Shown here: one piece after another, positions 18,116-27,676 of the stretch
How the letters are laid out: every line of letters begins with the position of its first letter
Position numbering within the stretch: position 1 is the first letter of the stretch
From: a virus
Taxonomy: Duplodnaviria > Caudoviricetes
DNA: 40,266 nt
IMG/VR virus record: IMGVR_UViG_3300032225_000732
Location: 1-40,266 of that record
Reading direction: 5' to 3' (one strand)
Position numbers and translations under genes: made by a program
Notes under the pieces: generated by a model
Database searches by the model: none
The model's input: the letters and a program-made list of their open reading frames with translations, nothing else
Told to the model about the DNA's origin: nothing

Positions 18116-18564
18116 TAGCCTTGCCTCCCGATGGTGTCAGCCAATTGCCTAGCACGATTGGTCATCTGCCGGGCAATGATGTCCACCCAGCCTGGTGCTG
18201 CTTGTTTGGACCAGTTTTGGTAAGCCAAGCGTTCAGCATATGGCAAAGAGTTATGAATGGAATATGTGTTGCCAACACGCTCAGTACCAGGTGTGTAGTT
18301 GATGCCTGTCGGAGGTGTTGGTGCTGGAGTTGCCGGTGGTGATGTTTTGCCCCTGTTGGCTCCTGTTGCAGCTTGCTGCGCCCCAGCATCGTAATTTCCA
18401 GTGGCATTTTCCCCAATTACCCAGCTAGCACGAAACCGACCTGTATCAACTGGGCTTTGGGATTTAACTTCTTGATCCGTTTCAAGCACCACCACACGCA
18501 TTAGTTGGTTCATCTGTTCTTCACAGAAGTTACCAATACCGCCGATGTTGATGCGTCTTGCCAT
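18115..18564 (-). CDS. Neck / tail completion protein (HK97 gp10-like)
   Basis: SPVDTGRFRASW, NSLPYAERL..WSKQAAPGWV. Confidence 0.8.
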   Translation of the reverse strand: MARRINIGGIGNFCEEQMNQLMRVVVLETDQEVKSQSPVDTGRFRASWVIGENATGNYDAGAQQAATGANRGKTSPPATPAPTPPTGINYTPGTERVGNTYSIHNSLPYAERLAYQNWSKQAAPGWVDIIARQMTNRARQLADTIGRQG

Positions 18565-18566
18565 GA

Positions 18567-18923
18567 TCAGGCTCGAAGGACCAGTTCGTAGGTGATTGCC
18601 TGGTTGTCTTGCTCGATGGTCTGCACGGTGATGATCTGGTGCGACACGGTGCTGATGATCACGCGGTCGGCGGTGCTTGGCGTTACGGCTAGGTCGGTTG
18701 CCGCGATGAACAACCGCTTATCACCGGCTTGGATTAGCTCGTTAACCTCACGGGCGTTCACATCTTGTAACACGCCATGCAGGCTGTAGTCGGTTGCCGT
18801 CTCTGTTACAGCGCCTGTGGACGCGTTGTAGGCGCCGCTGGTGACCCGCCTATAGGTCAACGCACCACCAAACTTACCCATCAGCTTGGAGGCGGTCTTC
18901 TGTAGCGAAGAAGCAAGTGCCAT
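18567..18923 (-). CDS. Head closure (head-tail joining) protein
   Basis: KFG..YNASTG..LIQAGDKRL..YELVLR; synteny. Confidence 0.7.
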   Translation of the reverse strand: MALASSLQKTASKLMGKFGGALTYRRVTSGAYNASTGAVTETATDYSLHGVLQDVNAREVNELIQAGDKRLFIAATDLAVTPSTADRVIISTVSHQIITVQTIEQDNQAITYELVLRA

Positions 18924-19150
18924 TACGCAAAGACTCGGTACGGATTGGCGGGTTCTACAAGATAATCATCCCACCCATCAGGCAACACGCCAGCAAAGTT
19001 GACGTGGAAGCCAACTGTGTCAGGAATTCCACCAATTACGTCAATCGCGTGGCCGTGGGTGTAGGCAGTCAGGGTGTCGTCAATCAAAAACCCAGCCTCA
19101 GTGGCAGCAGTGGTCCAGGTGGATTCGTCGGGGAAGCGTAGGAAGTTCAT
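18923..19150 (-). CDS. Hypothetical protein coupled to the fibre gene
   Basis: Translational overlaps on both sides; GFHVNF..PANPYRVFA. Confidence 0.65.
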   Translation of the reverse strand: MNFLRFPDESTWTTAATEAGFLIDDTLTAYTHGHAIDVIGGIPDTVGFHVNFAGVLPDGWDDYLVEPANPYRVFA

Positions 19151-20463
19151 GGTTGGGTGATCTGCTGAAGGGTGGTGTCGGTGAGACGGGTAGGCCAGTA
19201 GATGAGACGCTTGATGATGCCATTTTGATAGTTATTGGCTTGATCATTGCCAATCAAAAGCTGAGTAACAGTAGGCAGCGTGCCACTGGTGTCAGTAACA
19301 GCACTGCCGTTATCACTTGCCATTGCAAAATTATTAACTGCATATCCAATGGCAGCCCTAGTTTCTGTATTTATTGAAATAGTTCCGCCATCAAGATCAG
19401 CTTGCGTAGCGCCACCATCAACTACAATAAATTTAGGATCTGTTGTACTGCTGTAAAGATTCATCCGCTCATTGGCGGTGCCATCGTTGAATGTAGCGAC
19501 GCTTCTAGTGCCACTTGCTGGTGTCCTGTATTGGGCAAATAGCGAACCTTCGTTGGCATTAAACCAATTATTAAAGTTCGACCCGGTAATGCTGGCCACA
19601 TCAGCAGCACGGGTTGCAGTGGTGCCAGTTGTTGGGATATAGGACGTCATAAACGCACCAGCCTCAAACTGTGCGCCCCATAAGTACAAGCCAGATGACC
19701 CGCCTGTGTACGTTGTCAAAACACCAGATGTCATCTGGAAAGAAATTGAAGAAGAAGCTGATGAAGTCGTACAGGTTGCAGTACAACTGATCCGCACCCA
19801 ACCGTTTGCATAAAACTGAAGCGATGTAGCAACAGGACTATTGGTCGGAGTAATTACACCCGTAGTTAAATCAAATCCAGCGGCCACTTGGGTGGTGAAT
19901 TGAGCAGATGGAAAGAAAAGTCGAATGTTACGCGTTGGGGACACGCTGGTGTTTTGCTTGACCCAAACACTTAACGTGTAACTAGTTCCAGCAGTAACGC
20001 TAAAATTGCTTTGCAGAACGTGGGTGTTGGTACTGGTGTCTTCAGTCAGCAGATCAGCAGTGGTTGTTCCATCTGGTGCTGTCGTTTGATTGGTGGTCAG
20101 CGTAGCTCTGGTAGTAGTCCAGCCAGTACTGAAATCAGCGCTAGCGGTCACCAGATTGGTGCGGGCTTCTTCCACCAGCAAACCAAGACTTTCACCCGTT
20201 GTTGGGTTGTGGTCGAAGCGGGCCTCATTAGTGGTTGCTGTTTTAACTATTCCATCTGATCCTGTGTATGTGGCAGAGCTGGCGCGGGTGAAAGTGACAG
20301 GACTGCCGCCGCCATAAGCATCACCTAACGTCTTGTTGTCCGCAAACCGTAGGTCAAGACTTGGCAGCGCACGCGCTGTCTTCCATAGCGCATTGCGTGC
20401 CCAGCTGCCAGCTAATGCGCCACCGGGGACAACGCTAGTCCGTGATGCGCCTAACGCCCGCAT
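19147..20463 (-). CDS. Head/neck fibre-like structural protein with carbohydrate-binding-like domains
   Basis: TFTRASSATY..ARFDH..GLLVEEARTNL, WGAQFEAG..TSYIPT..ATRAAD motifs; Thr-rich beta composition. Confidence 0.7.
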   Translation of the reverse strand: MRALGASRTSVVPGGALAGSWARNALWKTARALPSLDLRFADNKTLGDAYGGGSPVTFTRASSATYTGSDGIVKTATTNEARFDHNPTTGESLGLLVEEARTNLVTASADFSTGWTTTRATLTTNQTTAPDGTTTADLLTEDTSTNTHVLQSNFSVTAGTSYTLSVWVKQNTSVSPTRNIRLFFPSAQFTTQVAAGFDLTTGVITPTNSPVATSLQFYANGWVRISCTATCTTSSASSSISFQMTSGVLTTYTGGSSGLYLWGAQFEAGAFMTSYIPTTGTTATRAADVASITGSNFNNWFNANEGSLFAQYRTPASGTRSVATFNDGTANERMNLYSSTTDPKFIVVDGGATQADLDGGTISINTETRAAIGYAVNNFAMASDNGSAVTDTSGTLPTVTQLLIGNDQANNYQNGIIKRLIYWPTRLTDTTLQQITQP

Positions 20464-21023
20464 CAGAGACCAGCCTCAAGTGCGCTGATACGCAGTTCAA
20501 CTGTGCTAGCGCTGACAGGTGTGTAGGCACCTTTGGTTTCGATCTCGACGTAGAGCGTGGTGCTACCAGTTGCCATTTTGATCATCCGACCGATGTAGTC
20601 AGTTTGAGCGTAAAGCGTGCTGCCAAAGTCCACAGGCGTTGGGATGTCAAAGAACCCCACATAGTTGGTGCGGTCGCCACTTACCAAATCAAATACAGCA
20701 TTGTCAGCAATTGCCGTGGGAGCTGCGTTGTAAAGATGCACTCGAAAGTTGGCCATTCCGCTAGGCACTGCGCTATCGCTAAAAATCAACGCAGCACTCT
20801 GAATCAAGATATAGCCACTATTGGGCCCCATATTGCTGAACGTCAGGATCGCGCTGCCACCCGTGTCACCCACCACATCACCAGCGGTATAGGCCGTCGT
20901 ATTGCTTGGCCGGGTGATCGTCACCGTAGACCGGAAACCAGCACTAACAATGCCTGCGGCATAGGTGCCATCCGTTCGGCGCCTTGCAAAAATCTCATCA
21001 CCGCCGGGCGAAATTAGCGACAT
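20463..21023 (-). CDS. Virion structural protein (hypothetical)
   Basis: TRPSNTTAYTAGDVVG; beta-rich; in neck module. Confidence 0.6.
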   Translation of the reverse strand: MSLISPGGDEIFARRRTDGTYAAGIVSAGFRSTVTITRPSNTTAYTAGDVVGDTGGSAILTFSNMGPNSGYILIQSAALIFSDSAVPSGMANFRVHLYNAAPTAIADNAVFDLVSGDRTNYVGFFDIPTPVDFGSTLYAQTDYIGRMIKMATGSTTLYVEIETKGAYTPVSASTVELRISALEAGL

Positions 21024-21026
21024 GGT

Positions 21027-21590
21027 TCAGCTCCTACGAATGGCAATGTTGCCTGGTCCACTGATTCTAAGCCCTGTTAGGTATCTTTCCATCATTGGTG
21101 GCACCTTATCTACGCCAGCTTGTGGACTGTTGGTATTCAGGCTGACGCTGATGGGGCCGATGCTAACGCTGTTGTAATCCTCAAGACCACTTAGGCCGAG
21201 GCTATCAGTGTTGTTGTTGAGGTAGACGGCCAGCACCACCTGGGCTTGCTTGATCTGTGGTGGGATCTCACCGTCAGTGAAATAGTCGGTAGTAATGCGA
21301 AACGGGAAACCGGTTGCGTAGGTATTGATGTATGTATCAGGCTTCCGTACTCCAGTTCTAGGCCATTGCATTGACTGGGTGTCAGTAGCGCGAGCACCAA
21401 GAAAGCGTTCACGGTCCAACCTCTGGGCAGCGGTGTACAGTGCGCGGTTTTTGGCATCTGTGGTAGCAGTGCCCCATGCGGTCACGTCCGCATCAAGCAC
21501 CAAACCATCAACAATGGCTTGCGCATCAGCCAGCGTCAGGTAGGTGTTCGCTGTGCTTCCGCCGATTGTTGCGACGAGGACGATTGCCAT
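21027..21590 (-). CDS. Head-tail adaptor (DnaT-like family)
   Basis: ANTYLTLADA, QSMQWPR, IPPQIKQAQ..LA motifs. Confidence 0.78.
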   Translation of the reverse strand: MAIVLVATIGGSTANTYLTLADAQAIVDGLVLDADVTAWGTATTDAKNRALYTAAQRLDRERFLGARATDTQSMQWPRTGVRKPDTYINTYATGFPFRITTDYFTDGEIPPQIKQAQVVLAVYLNNNTDSLGLSGLEDYNSVSIGPISVSLNTNSPQAGVDKVPPMMERYLTGLRISGPGNIAIRRS

Positions 21591-21714
21591 TGACCGGCTC
21601 GGTAATTACTTCAGGTGCTACTTCTACGGTAGCTGGCTCTTCAACGGGAAAAGAGGCCACCTCGTTAGAGGCAGCCTCCAGTTCACGCATTCGCCGGAAA
21701 GCGAATAAACCCAT
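21526..21714 (-). CDS. Small hypothetical protein
   Basis: MGLFAFRRMRE..; TGATG-coupled to upstream gene. Confidence 0.5.
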   Translation of the reverse strand: MGLFAFRRMRELEAASNEVASFPVEEPATVEVAPEVITEPVNGNRPRRNNRRKHSEHLPDAG

Positions 21715-22097
21715 CAGGAACGGTAGAAAACAACCGTAGAAGCGGTTGCAACCCGACCAGTGAAGGTACCGCCGCCAGCTGCTGGGATAGCAGCAGCGCC
21801 AACCACAGTGACGCCAGAAGCGCCAGCAGTCAGGGTGACGGTATAGGTAGACGCTGCCAAGTTGACAACATTCATCTCAAAGGTCTGACCGATCTTGGCT
21901 TGAAGGCCAAGTTCCGCGATAATCGCTGCGCCCGTGGGAGTGGTAAGCGTGCGGTTGGCTGTAGGAGTCATCGTGACGATGCTCGCAACTGCCTGAGGTG
22001 CGGTCAGTGTGGTGTTGGCATCAGTAGCTTCCAGAAGAAGCTTGCCGGTGGAGTGGCGACCAAAAGGAGGCGTTTCCAGTTCAAAAATCGAAGCCAT
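21714..22097 (-). CDS. Putative capsid decoration protein
   Basis: Directly after MCP, AGGAGG RBS; Thr/Ala-rich. Confidence 0.6.
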   Translation of the reverse strand: MASIFELETPPFGRHSTGKLLLEATDANTTLTAPQAVASIVTMTPTANRTLTTPTGAAIIAELGLQAKIGQTFEMNVVNLAASTYTVTLTAGASGVTVVGAAAIPAAGGGTFTGRVATASTVVFYRS

Positions 22098-22112
22098 GGT
22101 TAGTTCCTCCTA

Positions 22113-23114
22113 TTAGTAGTTGGAAGTAATGGTGGCGCGGACGATACCAATGTTCTTGGTTTCGTACACTTTCGACCAGTTACCAACTGTTGCCAGTTGT
22201 GCCTGTGTGGGGTTGGTGGTTGTCACCGCCCACTTGGCGCCAACAGGGTGGTACACGTTGTGCCAGTCAACAGCCATCGCATCAGATTTGGCCAGGATGT
22301 CCCGGTCAGTTTCAGTACGCAGTGCTTGCTGTTCGCCAGTAGCGATAGCGCCGCTGGTGAAGAAATAGCAAGCGTAGTTGGTGCTGCTGACGGTGATATC
22401 GTCAGAAACGATTACACGCAGACCCATGTACACGGGAACGGTGTTGTCGCCACCGTAGGCAGCAGCCATGGAACCGCCACCGAAAGTGGTGGCAGTGCCG
22501 CGAGCATCAGCAGTGCTGACGTAATCGATGGCTTTGCGCTCAACCAAGTCGTAGTAGCAAGCACTGTGCATGGCGATAGCAGAAAGCTTGTCGCCTTGAT
22601 CGCCAAGCTTGGCGCGTGCTTGTGCAACTTGCTTGGGACCAAGTGAGGTCATGCCGCTAGTGGCAAAACGCAGCGCGTCGAAAGCAGGTGAATCAGAACC
22701 GGTCAGGCTGCCAAACACACCTTCAAGAGCCTTGTACAGGTCTTTCTGCTGTTGGTTGGCGATGTATTCACCAACTTTGGCGCCGATAGCGGCCATGGGA
22801 TCCGAACCAGCCGCAAGGGCAGCGAGGTCACGAGATTCAAATGCACGACCACGGTGCAGAATCACGCCAACTTGGGTGTCAGCGGAAATCTTGCCAGGAA
22901 TCATGCTGGTGGAATCAGTCAACACTTCAGCGTCGCCACTGAGGTTGGCTTTCCAGAAAGGAACTTTTACGAAGTCACCGCCCTCGGTGGCATTTAGTTC
23001 CGCCATGGGTTGAACAACACCAGATGCCAGGAATTGGTTCCGAGCGGTGGTCTGCTCAATCACATACGGAGTAAAAACCTCAGGAATGATGACATCGGAG
23101 CGAAGAGTCGCCAC
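22113..23114 (-). CDS. Major capsid protein
   Basis: DVIIPEVFTPYV, GGDFVKVPFW, SDPMAAIG, ETDRDILA; 333 aa after scaffold; GGAG RBS. Confidence 0.9.
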   Translation of the reverse strand: MATLRSDVIIPEVFTPYVIEQTTARNQFLASGVVQPMAELNATEGGDFVKVPFWKANLSGDAEVLTDSTSMIPGKISADTQVGVILHRGRAFESRDLAALAAGSDPMAAIGAKVGEYIANQQQKDLYKALEGVFGSLTGSDSPAFDALRFATSGMTSLGPKQVAQARAKLGDQGDKLSAIAMHSACYYDLVERKAIDYVSTADARGTATTFGGGSMAAAYGGDNTVPVYMGLRVIVSDDITVSSTNYACYFFTSGAIATGEQQALRTETDRDILAKSDAMAVDWHNVYHPVGAKWAVTTTNPTQAQLATVGNWSKVYETKNIGIVRATITSNY

Positions 23115-23194
23115 GGTGTTTCTCCAAAGAACGTTTTGTGCGTGGTGGGCGTAACCCAGCGGCTCGGCGTAACCTTGCTGCTAATGCGTACAGC

Positions 23195-23872
23195 TTAGCG
23201 GTTGGCAGCTGCCTTCAAACGATCGTACATATCACGGTCAGTTTTGTATAGGCGTGATTGCTCAGTGAGGTTGAAGTTATCTGGCGTGAATGGATTTTTC
23301 ATTCCAGTGATTTCAGCATTGCTGCTGCGACCTGCTGGTGCGCCACTGCCTTGTGGCCTAGGTGCTTTCTGCATCCAGTTAGGAAGTGACTTGGCCCATT
23401 CAGCAACAGGTGTGCGTTGGTAACCATCGACCACAACGACTGTGCCATCTGATTCACGTTCGATTTGATCACTGCTGAGTTTGCTTTTTAGGACGTAATC
23501 AGGATCATGGACAATTTCTGCCAATGCAGTCATGGCAGGCGTCATTAGTTCTAGTTCACGGATGCGATTTTCTAGTTCAGTGATGCGTTGATCCTTTTCA
23601 GCAGTGGCTACACGAAACTGTTGTTCCAGTGCTTGCCGTGCTTCGCCGTACTTGCCCTGCTGTTCAAGTTGTTGTTGCTCGTAGTTACGTTTGAACTCGA
23701 TCAACTCATCAACATTGATGCCATCTGGGACAGCAGGTGCCTTGGCTTTATTTTCCTTGAGCTTGGCGATCAGCTCATAGTTTTTGCGTTCCAGTGCCTC
23801 AATACTGCGTTTGAGGGCATCTGTATCGTCGCCACCAGTTACCGTAGGTTCCTGGATCACATCGTCAGTCAT
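23195..23872 (-). CDS. Capsid scaffolding protein
   Basis: Coiled coil, GSGA linker, C-terminal NPF..FNLTEQSRLYKTD; upstream of MCP. Confidence 0.8.
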   Translation of the reverse strand: MTDDVIQEPTVTGGDDTDALKRSIEALERKNYELIAKLKENKAKAPAVPDGINVDELIEFKRNYEQQQLEQQGKYGEARQALEQQFRVATAEKDQRITELENRIRELELMTPAMTALAEIVHDPDYVLKSKLSSDQIERESDGTVVVVDGYQRTPVAEWAKSLPNWMQKAPRPQGSGAPAGRSSNAEITGMKNPFTPDNFNLTEQSRLYKTDRDMYDRLKAAANR

Positions 23873-23920
23873 GAAATGCCCGTAGGGTGTTCACGTTCAG
23901 TGTATGACAGCTTTGCAGTC

Positions 23921-24118
23921 GTGGCCAAGCGCGAGTGGAACACACCGATTCGGGAGCCTTGGAACCCGGTGATCAAGGAAGCGCTTCATGGCGTGGACAA
24001 CCATGTGCGGCTGTATCTGGCCACGGGTGACGTGTGGCACCTCAAGCAAGCAGGCTTGTTGCGTGGCTATGTAGTGGCGCTGAAGGAATGGATCAATCAG
24101 CAAGAAGTCACCACTTAA
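23921..24118 (+). CDS. Small hypothetical protein on the opposite strand within the head module
   Basis: GTG start; MAKREWNTPIREPWN..YVVALKEWI; fills the gap between minus-strand genes. Confidence 0.55.
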   Translation: MAKREWNTPIREPWNPVIKEALHGVDNHVRLYLATGDVWHLKQAGLLRGYVVALKEWINQQEVTT

Positions 24119-24380
24119 CCTTGTTTGCCCAATAGGCAGCAGACATCTTGCCTTTGGCGATGTTCTGTGCATGGCGTGCCTTAAAAGCATCACGCCTTGC
24201 TTTGTCAGCGTCTGATTCGTTTTTCCGTGGTGGGCTGCCGCTCACACCTTGTTGACCAAAGCGAATCAACTTGACGGTTTCACCATCTTTTGCCAGTACG
24301 GCATGGGACTTGTCTGGATGTTTTGGCGTCCGCTTGGGCTTGTTGTACCCGTCAAATTGCTCGCCACGATACGTGATCAC
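24108..24380 (-). CDS. Small basic phage protein
   Basis: KLIRFGQQG..FKARH..SAAYWANKVKW. Confidence 0.7.
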   Translation of the reverse strand: MITYRGEQFDGYNKPKRTPKHPDKSHAVLAKDGETVKLIRFGQQGVSGSPPRKNESDADKARRDAFKARHAQNIAKGKMSAAYWANKVKW

Positions 24381-24547
24381 TTTTTCTTCTTTGGTTTGCG
24401 TGGCTTGGCGGTTTTAGCAGCTGCCTTGAATGCTGCTGCACTGGGGCGACCTTCTTCGCCATGGTGTGCCATGCGTTCATGACTACCGGATTCAATCCGC
24501 TTGCGCTTGGCATTGATGTTGGCGTAAAGACCAGGTTTCTTAGGCAT
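24377..24547 (-). CDS. Small basic protein (56 aa)
   Basis: MPKKPGLYANINAKRKRI..AAAFKAAAKTAK..KKKK; overlaps at both ends; absent from the ORF track. Confidence 0.65.
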   Translation of the reverse strand: MPKKPGLYANINAKRKRIESGSHERMAHHGEEGRPSAAAFKAAAKTAKPRKPKKKK

Positions 24548-24741
24548 CACTTCATACCTTTTTTCTTGGTGGGCTTCTGCGTCTTGCCTGCTTCGCTTAG
24601 TGCAATGGCAATTGCCTGCTTACGACTTTTCACCTTGGGACCTTTGCCGGGGCCTGGCTTGCCGCTTTGCAGTGTTCCCCGCTTGAACTCCCCCATCACC
24701 TTTGCCACTTTTTTGTCGGCTTTCGTCGGTTTCTTGGCCAT
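24547..24741 (-). CDS. Small basic protein (DUF6496-like)
   Basis: KVMGEFKRGTL..KVKSRKQAIAIALSEA. Confidence 0.7.
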   Translation of the reverse strand: MAKKPTKADKKVAKVMGEFKRGTLQSGKPGPGKGPKVKSRKQAIAIALSEAGKTQKPTKKKGMK

Positions 24742-24913
24742 GGGTAAGAGATTCCGTGTGTCCTAATGGTAGGCCGGACTGATCAACCCATTGGATGGTG
24801 CCGTCTTCCACCTTCTGTAGCCGTGCGACTACAACAGCCTCGCCAACTGCGACCTCAACCCAGTCGGAATGAACACGACCGTCGAGGTAGTAGCGGATCT
24901 TAGGGTTTGCCAT
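24620..24913 (-). CDS. Hypothetical protein
   Basis: 97-aa ORF overlapping the end of the minor head gene; low-complexity tail overlaps next gene. Confidence 0.5.
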   Translation of the reverse strand: MANPKIRYYLDGRVHSDWVEVAVGEAVVVARLQKVEDGTIQWVDQSGLPLGHTESLTHGQETDESRQKSGKGDGGVQAGNTAKRQARPRQRSQGEKS

Positions 24914-26210
24914 ATCGTTGCTGTAGCTGCTTCAACGTTACTTCGCTGCCGTCTTCACGGACCATACGTGCTAAGGCATCACGCGAGCCAACCTTTTTGA
25001 TAATCTTGTTGAAATACGCCGCACGAGTTGAACCGAGCACTTCAGCCTGGTATGCCATCGGTTGTTGCTTGAGCCACTCGCCATAGTTGAGGCTGCCAGA
25101 CACAGGACCATCTGCTGATGCACGCCTGCTGGGTCCAGTGCCCCAGTCTGGTAGTGGGATACCAAGTGCCTGGTAATCAATAATCGGGATAGTGGTGCTG
25201 CGGCAGTTGAAGTGGACAGGTGGTGTGGGACCGTCGCCATACTTGAATTCCCGGCCATCAAGTGATCGGCAGATGGCTGAAGTGCGACCGTCAAGCGTAG
25301 CGACGTACCTGTACTTGCCGGTAATGTCTGGATTGGCGCGGTAGACCTGCTGACTGGCTTGGTTGCTGACATCCTGCACACTGGTCCGCACGATGGTGAG
25401 CACCTGATTGTTGGCCATCTTGGTGACCTCACCACCAGCCAGTACACGTTGCCGGACTGACATGGCCTGCTGCCCAAAATCAAGGTTGCCCACCAAGCGT
25501 CGTGCGATCTGTGGCGTTGGTTCGCCGGTAAGGACGCCGTTCCGCACCACGGTGTTGAACATCTGCGCTTGCGACTCAGCCAAGCCACGGAATGCCTTTT
25601 CAACGATCTGGCCATTTGGCAGTGTGATGACTGCACCTTGACCAGCGGTGAGGTTGAAGGCGCCAGTACCTGGCAATGTGAAGTTGATTGCGGTTGGATC
25701 GACGCTGACCACAGTGGCAGCAAAGTTTGGCGCCACCTGCACGGTCTGCACCATCTGCAAGGCATCCACCTGCGATGGCAGCAGCTCACGCGCATCAGCC
25801 ACGCCACCACGAATGGCCAGCCGTATCTGATCCGTGATGAACTGCGTTTGCAACTCAGCCAAGCCTTGCAGTTCCTGAGATACCAATGCCGTGCTGGTGC
25901 CTGCCCAGGTGTCCAGCGATTCCCGCAGTTGGGCAAGGATCACCCGCAGGCGCTGTGCCTGGTAACTGGCAGGGGACACGAGGCCACCACCTACTGTAGC
26001 TACGCCCATGTCAATACGGCGCAGGTCATCCACTGCACTGAGAATCACGTCGTTGTATGCGGTGACCACTTGGTTTGCCACGGCGTTGCTGTAGCGGTTC
26101 AGATCAATCGCATTGCGGTAAATGTTCGCAACAGGATCGTTGCGGTTGATCCGCCGCTTGAACTGATCAATGTCAAGCAGCCGCTGGGTGACGCCGCCGC
26201 TGTAGGTCAT
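24900..26210 (-). CDS. Minor head protein (Mu gpF / SPP1 gp7-like)
   Basis: YVATLDGRTSAICRSLDG..PPVHFNCRST; after portal. Confidence 0.88.
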   Translation of the reverse strand: MTYSGGVTQRLLDIDQFKRRINRNDPVANIYRNAIDLNRYSNAVANQVVTAYNDVILSAVDDLRRIDMGVATVGGGLVSPASYQAQRLRVILAQLRESLDTWAGTSTALVSQELQGLAELQTQFITDQIRLAIRGGVADARELLPSQVDALQMVQTVQVAPNFAATVVSVDPTAINFTLPGTGAFNLTAGQGAVITLPNGQIVEKAFRGLAESQAQMFNTVVRNGVLTGEPTPQIARRLVGNLDFGQQAMSVRQRVLAGGEVTKMANNQVLTIVRTSVQDVSNQASQQVYRANPDITGKYRYVATLDGRTSAICRSLDGREFKYGDGPTPPVHFNCRSTTIPIIDYQALGIPLPDWGTGPSRRASADGPVSGSLNYGEWLKQQPMAYQAEVLGSTRAAYFNKIIKKVGSRDALARMVREDGSEVTLKQLQQRYGKP

Positions 26211-27649
26211 TGCGTGCTGAGATCCTCAGGAATCATCTGCTGATCTTGCTGCTGTTGCTGGTCCTGCTGCTGCTGACCGCCATTCATCTCGATCAGGCCG
26301 CCGTTTTGCGTGGCCATCAGTTCTTCCTCAACCTCGAAGTCATCACCAAGCACGTCGCCGTTGGCCAGTTGCTCCAGCAGCGTCTTCTGGCTGATCACAC
26401 CAGCGGTGTAAGTCTGGAGTAAAGCAAGCTGATCGGCTGGTTCAAGCCGCGCACCAACGAAGTCGCGGTTCACGATGCTGTTACCCACCTGGGTGATGTT
26501 GAGGTACTCGGCATGGAAGCGCAGGCAGTTGTCAATCGTGTCCTGCACCTGCTGGGCGATCACCATCATGGTGCTGTCACCTTGGCTGCGGTCAATGCGC
26601 TTGGCCTCGGCAGTTTCAGCGGATAGCTTCTGGCCTAGGACAGCGGACAGACCCAACTCGTTGATCTGACCAGCAAGTTGTTCCAGCCGCTTGAACTGGG
26701 AATCGTAAGACTTGCCAGCAGGCTCGATGTACTCGGCGCGGCCATCAGCAGGGAATGCGATTGCTTCACCAGGGCCAGCGCTGACTTCTTCGGCTGCTGT
26801 GGGGAACCCGTAGAACGCCAGCATCGGAACGCCGCTGATGTGCAGCATGTTGTCCAGGTCGGATTGGATCTGGTACGTCTTGAGGTTCAGCTCAGCGATG
26901 TCTTCCATTGGCGGGCGTGATTCAAACATGCCGACGCGGTTGGAGTAGGCCACGCTGAACGGGATCTCACTAAGGCTGGTAGTGCCTTCATCAACGATCT
27001 CCCAGCTTGCCTTCTCGCTGCGTTGATGCAGCTCAAACGCACCAGGCGTCAGCACGCGGATTTGTTCCACCTGCTTTTCGCCATATAGACCATCTGCGAC
27101 CACGATGCGCTCCATCAGCCGCAACTGGGTCAGCTTCTGGGCGCCTTCACTCATCTCGGTGCGCCAGCCAAGGATGTCCCGTGGCGTGTAGGTCACCCAG
27201 TATGGCCGTCCATTTTCACCAGCAGCAGGAGCATCCACAAGGACGCCAGCGTGGCCATAACGAACCATTTTGCGTCCAAGTTCATAGGTCCAGATGTTGA
27301 GATCGTTGCCTTGTAGGTCTACGTCAAACAGTTGCTCACGCACCACATCGGACACCTCTTCAAGGCGTACCGGCTTGCGGGTCAACATGCCAGCCAGCAT
27401 CCGCTCAAGGCGCTGGTAGTACGGCGGGCAAACGCTGCGTGCTAGGCGGTTGTCATATGACTCGTCTTCCTCGCGTGGTTCCTGTGGCAGGTAGCGGCGA
27501 TGCTTGCGGCGCATCTCGTAGGTGCCACCCATCAGATCCTCGATCAGGATCCAGTGGGGCTCCATGTTGGCCCAGGCACTGTTGGGATCGTTGACCGCCG
27601 CAACTTTGCGGGTCAACTGCATGTTGTATGGGTTGAAGCCGGAATACAC
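26207..27649 (-). CDS. Portal protein (DUF4055-like)
   Basis: YLPQEPRE..YDNRLARS, DVDLQGNDL, PPMEDIAELN, ETAEAKRIDR; follows terminase; poly-Gln tail. Confidence 0.88.
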   Translation of the reverse strand: MYSGFNPYNMQLTRKVAAVNDPNSAWANMEPHWILIEDLMGGTYEMRRKHRRYLPQEPREEDESYDNRLARSVCPPYYQRLERMLAGMLTRKPVRLEEVSDVVREQLFDVDLQGNDLNIWTYELGRKMVRYGHAGVLVDAPAAGENGRPYWVTYTPRDILGWRTEMSEGAQKLTQLRLMERIVVADGLYGEKQVEQIRVLTPGAFELHQRSEKASWEIVDEGTTSLSEIPFSVAYSNRVGMFESRPPMEDIAELNLKTYQIQSDLDNMLHISGVPMLAFYGFPTAAEEVSAGPGEAIAFPADGRAEYIEPAGKSYDSQFKRLEQLAGQINELGLSAVLGQKLSAETAEAKRIDRSQGDSTMMVIAQQVQDTIDNCLRFHAEYLNITQVGNSIVNRDFVGARLEPADQLALLQTYTAGVISQKTLLEQLANGDVLGDDFEVEEELMATQNGGLIEMNGGQQQQDQQQQQDQQMIPEDLSTQ

Positions 27650-27676
27650 GATGCAGCGCCGCTACTTTCTTACAAT

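Noticed and set aside
24377-24390. AAG AAA AAG TGA as a third frameshift site
   Set aside because: G_AAA_AAG is not a canonical X_XXY_YYZ heptamer, and the next gene has its own GTGA-coupled start
24971-26243. Long alternative ORFs (321 aa minus, 224 aa plus) over the minor head gene
   Set aside because: No recognisable motifs; typical off-frame or antisense ORFs in GC-rich coding DNA
26237-26275. CAG-rich repeat (poly-Gln) at the portal C-terminus
   Set aside because: In-frame low-complexity tail; no evidence of phase variation
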